A DNA stretch of 55,473 nt, the filler included, from Circinaria calcarea (Eukaryota), in NCBI GenBank assembly GCA_051942165.1. It is 2 parts of 2 records of this genome, joined end to end, with 100 filler letters (N's around TTAATTAATTAA, not from the genome) between each part and the next. Parts side by side here need not be neighbours in the genome. Positions count along the whole stretch, not along the records: positions 1 to 27,707 come from JAVECS010000064.1; 1 more part is not named here. One strand, 5' to 3'. This document shows, in pieces, positions 1 through 10,500 of the stretch (positions are counted from its first letter, which is position 1; each line of letters starts with the position of its first letter). Under the pieces are notes generated by a model. It had not been told where the DNA came from. It searched no databases and saw only the letters and a list, made by a program, of their open reading frames with translations. Position numbers and translations under genes: made by a program.

Positions 1-199
1 GAAAAAAGGGGGCGTGGGGGGGTTACATTCCCTCCACTCTTTCTGCTTCGGAGCGTAAGCCCTCGTAGTATTCGGAGGTAAAGGCAGGGGGGAGGAGAGA
101 AAGGACGGCGGAGGGAGGACGCGAAGATGTTCCTGTAGACATGATTAGTCATGTGAAAAAGAAAGAAAGAAAGGAGCAGAGGAAGTGGGAAAATACTCT

Positions 200-404
200 G
201 TACCCCGCGCCAAAAAAAAATTAGGTCTGCCAGTATTAGCAGACCTTTGATATCACCTTTAGCGCCGTCATCCATCTGTCATCCACGCCAAAATGTGCCC
301 CAAAAATCAGGTCTGCGGGGTTATGGTATAAAACCGGCCTAGAGCGCTGTAAATTAGGTGTGGATAGGGGCGTGGATGACGCCAAGACCTTTGATACCAG
401 TATA
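200..404. mobile_element. Possible transposon terminus (subterminal repeats)
   Basis: Direct repeat AGACCTTTGATA (241-252, 385-396), inverted repeat GTCATCCACGCC (278-289)/GGCGTGGATGAC (369-380), and AAAT(T/C)AGGT three times. The block ends at ...ATACCAG|TATATA. No transposase is visible. Confidence 0.3.
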
Positions 405-543
405 TATTAAAGGTCGAGCGTCGTATCGCAGCCGAGCACTGCGACCTCATGGTTCATGGAGGGCATAGGTGATGAATTATCTTGAAAGAGCATCTTAGGT
501 TTCAACCTACGCCGGCGAGAACAATATCGATAATCTAACCAAA

Positions 544-1413
544 ATGCTCCCGGTCACCGCTCAGCTCATCACCCTACCATCAGGCCGTATCCTGTGGACT
601 GAGATCTACGGGGCCTCGTCCTCACTCTCTCCTGCGATATCATTCGCCAATGGCATGGCCTCAACCACCAACGCCTGGTCCTCATTAATCCATGCCCTCC
701 CTCCCTCCTTCTTCGCCACACACACCATCATCCTGCACGACTGCGCCAACACCGGTAAATCAGCATACCAGCCCTCTCTCCCGCCCCCCACACTCTCCAG
801 CCTCGCTACCGAAACTCGCCAACTACTCGAGCACCTGGGCTTCACCTCCGCATTCTATGTGGGCCACAGCTTCGGCGCGCAACAAGGCTTCGTCGCCGCG
901 GCGCAGGACCCGTGGTTCTGGGACGCCCTGCTGCTGCTTGCCCCTCAGACCGACCGCGTCACTCCGCGCACTGTCACGTCCATGCGGTCTATCATGGACG
1001 TCTTCGCCGCAGATCGGGACACGGCGCAGTACGCGAACGAGATCTACGACACCCCGGGTGCTGCGCTGCACAAGCGGAGTGGGATCTATGGCGCGCTGGC
1101 GAGGGAGATGTGTCTGAGGCAGCGGAGTGAGGGGCTTGCGCTTGCGTTTGACGCGCTGCTGGGCCCGCGGGAGGGGGATTTTCGTTGGGAGGAAATGAAG
1201 ACGAGGGTGGTTATGGTGTTTGGTGGGAAGGACTTGATTGCGCCGCCGAGCGAGGGCAGCTATGCGCTGGGGAGGCTCAACGGGGTGGAGGGTGCGATGG
1301 CGGAGCTGGTTATTCTGGAGGAGGCGGGGCATTGGATGAATTGGGAGTGCGAGGACAAGATCGTGGAGCAGATTTTGCAGTTGGTTAGCGGCGGTGAGGT
1401 TGTTGATCAGTGA
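544..1413 (+). CDS. Alpha/beta-hydrolase (enol-lactonase/esterase-like), intronless, 289 aa
   Basis: Nucleophile elbow VGHSFGA, acid in FGGKDLI, His in EAGHWM, and the HDCANTGKS strand-loop typical of Abhydrolase_1/6. Confidence 0.9.
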   Translation: MLPVTAQLITLPSGRILWTEIYGASSSLSPAISFANGMASTTNAWSSLIHALPPSFFATHTIILHDCANTGKSAYQPSLPPPTLSSLATETRQLLEHLGFTSAFYVGHSFGAQQGFVAAAQDPWFWDALLLLAPQTDRVTPRTVTSMRSIMDVFAADRDTAQYANEIYDTPGAALHKRSGIYGALAREMCLRQRSEGLALAFDALLGPREGDFRWEEMKTRVVMVFGGKDLIAPPSEGSYALGRLNGVEGAMAELVILEEAGHWMNWECEDKIVEQILQLVSGGEVVDQ

Positions 1414-1625
1414 GAACATGAGTGTACCTAATGATTGGAATGAATTCGCAATCTCGTTGAGCATTAGGTGCACTGGCTTGTATGTTGAAGGCCTCCAAAT
1501 ACTATATGTGGCATTGCATTCTGCCTCGTCTAGTTATCTAGTCTCTAGTATTCAGGCACCCATAACCACATCACCTACCTCTCCCCAAGCACCACATGCA
1601 GCTTCTCGCATCTCACGCGTATGTT

Positions 1626-3698
1626 CTAGGGATGATGGACCTTGATCTGAACACTCTTACTCCCTTTCGCATAGAAGGGAACGATGTAATCAAAGTTCAT
1701 ATCCACATCTCTCTCCCTGATTGTATCATACAACTCAAGCGTCGGATACTGCTGCTTGCCTGTGCCATCGTAAAGGTCGTATTTACGAAAGATACCCGCG
1801 CACATGGTGTAGAGCTCCTGGTAAGCGAGGTTGATACTGTAGGCTCGTTAGCTATTTATCTCTAAGCGACGCAGCTGATATGTCGATGCTTGCGCGGCGC
1901 TTACCCAAGGCAATTCCTCGATCCACGCGAGAATGCGATCAGGTACTTATCCAGCCTAGGATTTTCGATCCACCGCTCTGGTCGGAACTCTTTAGGGTTG
2001 AGGAAGAATTCCGCATTCGTGTGAGTGATCTCGGACGTCATGGACATCGGTGTCCCAGCTGGAAAGACGTAATGTAAGCCGTTTCGAGCGTAGACTACGG
2101 GTACTTCGGGCGAGACTCGCGCCATGCGGGTGATGACGCCTGGGTGGCAGCGAAGACACTCCTGAATCACAGCTCCAAGGTACGGAAGTTGCTCAATCTG
2201 GCTGAAGTCGATGAGTACATCTGGGTCTGGGAAGGTGGCGATCAACTCTTCTCTAAGCTTTTTTAGGCAATGGGGATTGGCTAGAAGCTCGAAGACTGCA
2301 GATGAAAGTGTCGACGCGGTAGTATCCTAAAAAGCAGCCATTAGCCAATTAGCCTCAATTCGGCAGCCTTTCTTCATGTGTGTTTGTCATGTCTTTTGCT
2401 ACGCTGCATCTGAAAACGTACCTGCCCCGCTAGTACTGTAAGTTGAGCTTCATGGCCGAGTCGAGCCGTTGCTTTCTCTTCCTCTGGGAGTCTGCTCTTC
2501 AGGACACCATCGAATATGGTATTTTTGCCTGCATTCTTGTCCTTTGAGTTCTTGATCTCATCGATCTGTGCCATCCATCCCTAACATTTATTAGTCACGC
2601 ACCGCGAATCTGATCCGGAGAAGATACTCGCTGCTCGTAGATGCCACATATCGGCCAATCCCGGCATTAGCATCGTGACCACGGCTGGGGGAAGTGCCTC
2701 CATCAAAGGACCCAGCCAGCCAAAGTGCATCAAAGCGGGACTTGCAAGGAATGTGGACTCAATGCCTTTGAAGAATGGCGCGTTGTAGTCTTCATAGTCC
2801 ATAAAGTTTGTGGACTTGCCGAAAGCCCATTTCGTGATAATATCGCTGGTTGCTGCTTTGAACACGAAGAGCATGGGCATGATCTCGCCGGTCTTGGAAG
2901 CGTTCTCCATCCTTGCTAGCAGCTTCTTCAAGCTGGTTTGTATGAAGGGCTCTGCGGCACGGACACTCGACTTAGAGAAGAAATTCGCCATGGCGCCCCG
3001 CCTTTTGCGATGTGTGTCGTGCGCGATAGTTGCGACCATTGACTCCTTTGCTGTTTCTCTATCAGCCTCCGCGACTGCGTAGCGAACGCGTAGAGCTAAC
3101 TCAATGTCTTCCTCCCAGTGAATCTGTACTTGTCCGTCTTGCGTGAAGAGCCGGTATAGATAGTATCTATAAATTCAGGGTCGCTGCAGTGTATTTCATG
3201 GGGGTTAATCCTGATGACAGGGCCTTTGGCAAGGATCAATGAGTTGGCGCATTGTTCACACAGCATATAACTTATAACTTACCATACTGCTTGTGTAACG
3301 CTTGTACCTTCCATACGTACTGACCTCCGAGCCATAGATCGTAATAAGCCTCATACCATGTTGTCATCGCTACGGAGTAATATCAGCCACCAGCCATATC
3401 GTACCGCCTTGGAAGTAGCATACCTGCTAGCTTTGGGCCCGGGATGCCCGCAAGCGGATCGAAATATACTAAAAGTCATGGTCAATTGAGGAGCTCTCAG
3501 GGCGCGCTGGAGGGTCTTACGGCGATATATCGCGCCACAGAAACAGTAGGTAGCCCATAGTGCCAGAACTGTATACAGCGTTGAGACACTGAATACACCC
3601 TCCTTATAGATTGAGTGAAGCGTTGGTGACTCTATGGCTGTTCGAAAATATTCTTGCACCTTTGGCACCTTGCTGCTGATCGCCAACATTGAAGCCAT
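1626..3698 (-). CDS. Cytochrome P450 (CYP58 clan, Tri4-like), 8 exons
   Basis: Spliced model [10 protein letters not shown]...[16 protein letters not shown]...[13 protein letters not shown]...AGQDTTA...QECLR...PERW...[10 protein letters not shown]...QIKVHHP*. Seven introns, one of them GC-AG (2581-2631). Confidence 0.92.
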
Positions 3699-4215
3699 GG
3701 TTGCTAATATTGGGTGGTGAACAATCAATTTCACAAAATCGATGTCTCATACACTCCGTCGCTGTAGGATAAATATCCCAATCATATACTCCCTTCAATT
3801 GCTGGCGCTATCTGGCAGGGTCTTTTTTTGCAATCGCCATTCTGTCGATTGTCAGACTAGCTGTTTGAGATGCATATGGGCGACGAATCCAAATCTGCAT
3901 GAGAGAGCAGATGGTCATGATTATTCTCGCAAGCCAGATTAGCGTGCCAATCTGCAGCCTTTGCGTCCTGCGTTCTCTATACGGAGTCAAATAAACGGCC
4001 CTGTACGTCAGACAATCGCCAGCATGATCGGCATAGAGGAGAAAAATGCCCCAAACAGGGATAATATAAGCTAGGGCACGAGGGCGAAGTTGTCCTTCAT
4101 ACCTTAGGTAAGGTAAGCATTGTATTCCTGCAATGCACTACGTTCAAGGATCATGGAATTTTCTGCATGTTCATGTAACTAGGTAAGAGCAAGAAAGTTC
4201 GCTAAAATACTGGTC

Positions 4216-4229
4216 GGCTTACGTAAGCC
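4216..4229. promoter_or_regulatory. 14-bp perfect palindrome GGCTTACGTAAGCC (TTACGTAA bZIP-type site) in the divergent P450 promoter
   Basis: Palindrome seen directly. Near-matches TTAGGTAA (4104-4111) and CTAGGTAAG/CTTACCTAG (~4179, ~4333) lie in the same intergenic region. Confidence 0.35.
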
Positions 4230-4875
4230 CCAACAGCATGTCTAGAAGTAGCAAATACTAGCGTCTCAGCATAAGCGCTAGCGTAATGGCACGAAGATGT
4301 GAGGCGCTGTTCGGAAAGTTTCTCTTTATCGTCTTACCTAGACTAGCGGCCGAGGTTCCCAATGTGACGGACTCGGGCGCTTTGGCTTTGTTCAGGAGTG
4401 ACAAAATTGCTTGGAAGAGGTAGATAACACCAACAACCATGAGGTCTGCTTGCTGACACCCCTGCTGCCCTTTTCTTGGACTAGCGCGTCAGGGTTCTGT
4501 TGACAGCTCATGACACATGTGACGGAGTTCTCAAAATATTCTAGTGTTTTGAACTTGAAAAGATCGTCCTTATCGATAGATACTGCTGATATGTTGTGTA
4601 CATGCTTGTCACCCTTCGAGTCAATCAGTGCATTCTCGGGGATAACTTGCATCACCGACATGGTCGTAAGCCTGCTTGGGAAGTGTAACGCATCGCCACG
4701 TTTCGCTGGACCTAGTAAGCTTCGTCTTATACAGATAAAATGTGGCCCTTGGTTCATCTCTCCTCTGGCGAATAAAGTGGTGGCTAAACAATTACGTTCA
4801 TAAGGAGCAAAATTGTTTACAATTGTTTGGCTAGGACTACACTTGCAGAAGGCGTTGAGCAGGTGATCGATAAGG

Positions 4876-6670
4876 ATGGATTCTATCAATCAACGCTTGA
4901 ATGAGAAGGGGCTCTCCGTTCCCGTTGTGGTAGGAGCTCTGGTAGGGAGCTATATAATATATTTTCTGGGCCTTGGAATCTATAGAGGTTGGTGGAGACG
5001 ATGAGTCTATGCTTTTACAGAAAATCAAGGTATTGACGACAATGCAGTATATTTTTCGCCGCTGGCCAGATTTCCAGGTCCCAAGCTCGCAGCGTTCACA
5101 ACCTTGTACCAAGCATACTACGATATATGGCTTCATGGACAGTATTTTAAGCAGATCGACCAGCTCCATCAGCAATACGGTATGCTTTCAATCGCACTGA
5201 ACAGCAGCTCGGTGTTCTGATTCTGGCAGGCGGCATTGTGCGCATTAATCCTCATGAGCTTCATGTTAATGATCCTAGCTTCATCGATGAGCTGTACGCG
5301 GGGAGTGCAAAGAAGCGCGACAAGTATAAATGGGCTGGTCGCTCGGTCCTCCGTATGCATCAATTTGATTGCGAGTAATTCGCGGCTAACGTCTATAGTT
5401 CCCGACTCACTTGTTGCCACGGAGCCGAATGATCTTCACCGTCGGCGGCGTGCAGCATTGAACCCATACTTCTCGAAAGCGCGAATCAGGCAGCTTGATC
5501 CTGCCGTTCAAGACAGTCTCCAGCATCTATACAAGCGACTGGACGAGTCTGGCGAGGCCGACAAGGTCTTTCCAATTAGTTTGGTCTATAAGGCTGCGAC
5601 ATGCGATATCATAACCAAATTCTGCTTTGGAGTCTCGACAGATTACATGGCCAAGGATGACTATCAGCATACTTACTTCAAGGCTGTTGACCATCATCTC
5701 CACAACTCTTGGTGGATGACTTATGTTTCGTGGCTGGGCCCGCTCATGGACGCAACACCGGCGTGGATTATGGGCTGGACCTATCCCGGTCTTAAGTCTC
5801 TTTGGGAGATGCACTCGGTACTTGCTGTAGTTCATCTACAGATACCATGAGCTGACAATTCCACAGCGATGGGCCGCTCAGATAGAAAGTATTCGATGTT
5901 CTGGCAAATTAGACAGCAATGGGACAGTATTCCATGGACTGCTCAACAGTGACCTTCCTTCTCCCGAGAAGGCCAATGCGCGTCTGCGCCAGGAAGCACA
6001 GCTGCTTGTCCTAGCCGGCCAAGACACAACCGCTTACACTCTGTCCTCTGTTACCTTCGAGCTCCTGAACAATCCAGAGATGTTGGGCAAGCTGCAAGCT
6101 GAGCTCGTAAAGGCCCTCCCGGAATCAAATACGCCTTTGAACTCTGCTCAACTCGAGCAATTGCCATACCTCACCGGCATTATTCAAGAGGGCATCCGCC
6201 TCCACCCTGGCGCACTCGTCCGACAAACTCGCGTCGCCACAAACGAAGACCTTTTCTTCAAGGACTCTGAGACTCAGAATGAGTGGATAATCCCTACCGG
6301 CACCCCAGTAAGCATGGACGCACGTTCCTGCAATCTGAACCCGAAGGCCTTTGCCGACCCGCACATGTTTATTCCCGAGCGCTGGATTGAGAACCCGCGT
6401 ATCGATAGATACATGCTTAGCTTCTCGAAGGGCACTCGTATCTGTCTAGGCATGAATTTGGCGTACTCCGAGCTGTATATGATCCTTGGCGGTATCTTCC
6501 GGCGTTATGAGCTGTATGATGGCACGGGAAAGCAAACTGCGCCGACGCTTGCGTTACATGATACTTATCGCGCGCGCGACGTTGACGTTACTTACGACTG
6601 TCTCGTGCCTTTTCCTCAGAAGGGGAGCAAGGGTATTCAGATCAAAGTTCGCACCGGCGCGAAGGCGTGA
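4876..6670 (+). CDS. Cytochrome P450 (CYP58 clan, Tri4-like), 5 exons; paralog of 1626-3698
   Basis: Spliced model [12 protein letters not shown](TM helix)...[14 protein letters not shown]...VRINPHELH...AGQDTTA...QEGIR...PERW...[10 protein letters not shown]...[10 protein letters not shown]. Confidence 0.93.
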
Positions 6671-7531
6671 GCCATGGCTCGCCCTCCCGTGGTGGGAGTG
6701 ATCGTAGTGCTGTGGTCTATATTGAACTTGGGCTCGGAAAGCAGATCGTGGGCTCGACTATGAGAGCAGACAATTGATAGATGACCTCGTATACAGACCA
6801 ATGCGCGCGCATTCAGCCTATAAGGGGAATGGAGGTGCAAAGGCCAGGCCAAAGCACCAAGTAAAGTCATGTACCTTACGGAACAGCAATATGCTGCGCC
6901 AATACCGCAACGCAAATGGCCAACAAGCATGTGATTTTATTGATATGTGGACGAGGCAGTCGAGGTGGAGGCTGTGGCAGGCGTGTACTCTGTTGCGGGG
7001 CATTGCGTGTATTGGTGTCGTAGGGTGTAACTATCGAGGATATATCGGTAGAGCTCTTATTTGTGGAGTATGAGAAGGAAAGAAGGTATGGAGGAGATAT
7101 GCTGCGCGGTGGGCAGGAGTAGGACCAAGGTACCTTAGAGGTACATTCATGTATGTGACGATAACCGGCGGGGATACCAAGATGCGGAACACATGCCCTT
7201 ACCCTAACGTCACCCCCTACTAGTGAGGTATTTATATATCACTTCCGTTTTTAAAACTCACCGCCGTGACACCCGCCTCAGGTGCTGTGTACAGATGGTA
7301 TAGTCGTCCTGTGGCCTGCATGTACATGACGGGGTTTCGATTTTTCGAAATGGAAGCGAGATAAGTGAGGCAAGTGAGGTAGAGGGGATATTGTCAATGT
7401 CTTGAATCATGACCATAAACAGCAAGGCGCAGGCGTTATGAATATCGTTAAACAGCAATTTTATAGAGATCTAACATTCGCACTAAGTCAAGCAATCTAA
7501 CAACACCAAATACTACGCCATCTGTCTCGAT

Positions 7532-10500
7532 CTATGCTTGCATCTTCGTCACTATTTTTTCACACAACGCCGTCAAGCTACTCGCGTTCGTGATCTCCAG
7601 CACCGTAACCTCCACAGCAAGCTCCATCCTGATCCAATTCCTAAGCTCCACCGCAGACAACGAGTCGAGGCCATATGTTGACAAGCTCTTCCCGGGCTCC
7701 ATGGACTCGCTGAGTCTCAACGTACGCTCGAACTTGGACCCAACTGCCGCCACAGCCGCGTCCAGCATAGCAGCTGGCTCGGCGCCGGAGCTGCGTAGGA
7801 GCAGGAGCGCCTGCACATCTTTCTCTGCGCTACTTGTCGTGCTTGCACCCTCACCATCGCTGTCGGGCCGGAAGAGATGCGAGAAACGTGCGTCGTTCGC
7901 GAGCTCCGAGTCGGCGGGTTGCGGTACCGGGATGCCGGTGATGAGCTGCGCTGCCGAGGCTGGGTTTATCGTTGCTGATTGCTGTAGGATGCTGAGGCCC
8001 AGGATCTTGTGCAGCACGTACTCATTGATGCCGGTCCACTGGCGGTCGTCAAAGTGCGAGGCCATCCCGCCTTGTTCAGCAACGTAGCCTACGTCCTCGA
8101 TCACGCCGAGAGCGACGCTGTGGGTGACGAGACCTTGGTTAAGGCGGTAGGAGGCGAAGGCGTCGAGGAACACGTTCGCGGCGGAGTAGTTGGCTTGGCC
8201 CTTTTGACCGACAATGCCGGAGATGGAGGAGAGCAGGGTGAAGAATTTAAGGGGTCTGGAGAGTGAGAGCGAGGCGTGGTGGAGGTTCCACGTTCCGGTG
8301 ACTTTGTTGGAGATTGTTGTATGAAATTCTTCAACAGTCATCATTTCATAAGGTTTATCCTGTGTGTGTTAGTATCGGCGGTATAATGGTGGAAGACGTT
8401 ACTTGCTCTGAGCACCATTGCTCCTTGAACGATACCCGCGACAGGGTACTTGGAATCCCGGAAAGCCTTCTTGACACCTTCGAGACTGGTCACGTCGACC
8501 GCTGCCTCCTGCACTTGACAGCCGAGTGCGTTGCAGTTCATCACGACCTTCTGAGATCGTTCATCAGAAATGCCGCTTCTGGACATCGCAACAATGTTCT
8601 TGGCACCGTGTTTCGCTAGGTAGATGGCAAGACTGCCACACAGACCTTTAAGGCCACCAACAATCACGTATGACACTTGGTCCTCGAGAGTGATCTTGTT
8701 CGGGGGTGGTCGTACTGGGACATTGACCTTAATGTCATCATGGTCCCCGATGACGATTTTCCCAATGTGCTTTCCGCTTCGCATGTAGGCAAAAGAGGAA
8801 GGTATATCAGCGAATGAGTAGGTAGTGATGGGGTGAATTGGCTTCAGATGGCCCTCGTTAACTAGCTTGAACGTGCGCTGAAGCAAGTCGTTAATGAGAG
8901 AGTCCTTGATATGCTTGCCGTATGAGAAATCCACCGCACGGAACGAGCAATTTCGGTCAAATGGTTCCATGGATAGGAAATTTCGGTCGACAATGTCCTT
9001 TTTACCAATCTCCACCATATTGCCACCATCTGCGCAGATCCTCCATGACTCGTCGAGGAGTTCGCCAGTGAGAGAATTGATGATAACGTCGATTCCATTG
9101 CCTTTAGTAGCTGCCATGATCTTGGAAGCGAAGTCTGTGGTGCGTGACGAGAACATTCGCTCGTAAGGGATCTTGAAGGTTTCGTGCAAGAACTGGCGCT
9201 TGTTCTCGGTGCCAACCGTCACGTATATTTCAGCTCCGATCCATTGAGCTAACTGGATTGAGGAAAGACCAACCCCCCCAGCTGCAGAGTGGATGAGCAC
9301 GGATTGGCCCTTTGAAAGCCCGCCAACGTCGAACAGTGAATACATAGAGGTCAGGTAGACTAGCGGAATCGTCGCAGCATCCATAAAGCTTATGTTTGCA
9401 GGAATATGGTGTATCCGTTCGATTGGGGTTTGAATCCGATTTGCGAATGTTCCGTTCTTCAGAAGGGCGACTCGATCTCCAACACGAAATTTTTCAGCTC
9501 CCTTCCCAACTCGGCGGACAATACCTGATCCCTCAAGACCAAGCAAATGCTCGTTCTCGGGAACAATGCCCATTGTCACGGCGACGTCCTTGAAGTTCAG
9601 GCCCGCCGCTTTGATATCCACTTCGACGTGACCGTTTAGAACCGGTAACTCGTCAACGGACATTTCTGAGTAGCATAGAGAGTCCAAGGTTCCTAGACGC
9701 TCGGCTCGCAGCATGGCCACGCCTTTGATATCTTGCAGTGAGCGGGTAACGGGAGATCCGCCCAACTTTTCGTTGCTCTTTGCTGTGTTTATAAGCTCAT
9801 CTGGCACTATCCGATTGATATGGATAATACTGCCTCTCTCAACAAATTCACTTTCAATTTGAATTTTGGCTGGTGCTTTTAGGAAGACGCGTAAGACCCG
9901 CTCGACTGCAAGATACGTAGATGGGCTTGTGTTATATTCAACGTCAAGAGTAATCAAGTCCGCTCCTCTGTCTTCAGCTCGAATTGTGCGGAACAAGCCG
10001 TGGACCAGAGCATTGTCAGGCTTTGTGATCTTCATCTGAGACCCTACGGTGACCCAGAGAAGCCTATTGTTTTGAATAATCAGACGAAGTGCAGTCCACT
10101 GTGATGCATTAATCGTAGTGAGCACAGGAGAAACTGTCTCATCTAGCACGAGGACAATGCTTTTGGGCTGTAGATGGGGATATGGGTAAAAATGCTCGGT
10201 GACCTGCCAATCCGATTGCTCCAGAATAGTTTTCAGGTCGTTGCTAAGACGTCCAAGCTTGGATAAATGCACGACACTGACTTTTTTGGTTGAAGTAGCG
10301 TCGGTAGTCTGCGATGTAGCTTTGCAAATGAAGGCTTTACTCTGCGGTACTTGAAGGACATTGCTGTAGCCGCAATTTGCAAGTGAGGAGACGATTAAGA
10401 AATCCTCGGAAGCCCCGGTGGCCTCCTCGAAGGCGTTTCTGGATAGCTCAGGCTGCTCATCGACCATAACTGCGCTAGATGCACTGCTGTCACCTTCGGA

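Noticed and set aside
4258..4889. Minus-strand ORFs in the P450 divergent promoter
   Set aside because: Non-ATG starts, no motifs, and they overlap the expected promoter/5' UTR.
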